In this document: positions 39,341 through 40,062 of the stretch, one piece after another
How positions within the stretch are numbered: position 1 is the stretch's first letter
How the letters are laid out: each line of letters begins with the position of its first letter
DNA from: Octopus bimaculoides
Lineage: Eukaryota
NCBI RefSeq assembly: GCF_001194135.2
Contig: NC_069000.1
Span: 32,868,682-32,908,743, forward strand
Reading direction: 5' to 3'
DNA length: 40,062 nt
Program-made: the position numbers and the translations under genes
The notes under the pieces: generated by a model
Seen by the model: only the letters and a program-made list of their open reading frames with translations
Told to the model about the DNA's origin: nothing
Database searches by the model: none

Positions 39341-39432
39341 TCAAAGAAACTATACAGCAATGTCAAAGATGGCCGTCAATGAAATTATACAGCAATGTCA
39401 AAGATGGCCGTCAAAGAAACTATACAGCAATG
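39341..39432. repeat. 35-bp tandem repeat, 2.6 copies
   Basis: TCAAAGAAACTATACAGCAATGTCAAAGATGGCCG at 39341, 39376 (2 mismatches) and 39411 (partial). Confidence 0.95.
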
Positions 39433-40062
39433 TACGTTTGTTACATATGAAAAACTGACGGTATGCATTACTAGCTCTCCCAATCTTGCAAGATATCAAC
39501 ATGAGGTTTCAAACTGAAATCCAATGTCTGATTTTCTTTTTCAAGCAAAACAAGTATTCTGAATTGTTGATGATTGTGTACAAATAATACCTGCGATTGA
39601 TAATAATGTAATGCTCACAAAAATGTCAGATAGCTTAGCTACTAGCGTTTAGAATGCATCCTAAAATACGTTAGCCAATCTCATTACAATGATACATTTT
39701 AAACTCTTGCCCACTTTCGTACTTTATACTCTATCTAGTAACCTCTACAACTGCCACAGTGCTTCGTGATAAGGTATAGATGTTAAGTTAAAAATCAACA
39801 CAACATCATCATACACTGTTGACGCGAGAGACTCGACAAGGTTGCGAGCCCTTAGGCGTTCGCCTACTTCTTAAGACAAACTGATAGAAATAAACTGAAA
39901 CCCAGGTAAATGTTAGGCGCATCATCCTATTTTCCCACTTGCTTCAAAAGAAGTGTCTTTGTACATAAATATGTACACACATATACATATATATAATAAA
40001 ATTCTATCCACCAATGCGGTGTTGAGCACTTATTTTCATCGTTTGACATTTACATATATATA

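Overview
AT-rich, microsatellite-saturated eukaryotic DNA from a gapped short-read assembly. It has 8 N-gaps (about 3.4 kb), and all but the 10-N gap abut simple repeats. The repeat families look like those of Octopus (inference from family recognition, not a database search). I find no intact protein-coding gene, RNA gene or CRISPR array; all long ORFs in the track are microsatellite or N-gap artefacts. The window is a graveyard of degraded transposable elements that I could read by manual translation across stops and frameshifts. These are at least 8 pieces of R4/Dong-type RLE non-LTR retrotransposons (3 or more subfamilies), an RTE LINE fossil, an internally deleted L1/Tx1-like element, three Penelope-like (GIY-YIG) pieces including one near-complete copy, a deleted Tc1/mariner, a hAT-Charlie MITE, and many tRNA-derived SINEs of three families. 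The most unusual structures are a ~323-bp near-perfect foldback palindrome (36732-37054), serial retroelement insertion into (TAA)n tracts, a SINE stack punctuated by three copies of one 15-bp site, and a decayed 44-bp minisatellite. I see no convincing evidence for a new biological system. Element boundaries are approximate unless TIRs or TSDs are quoted.
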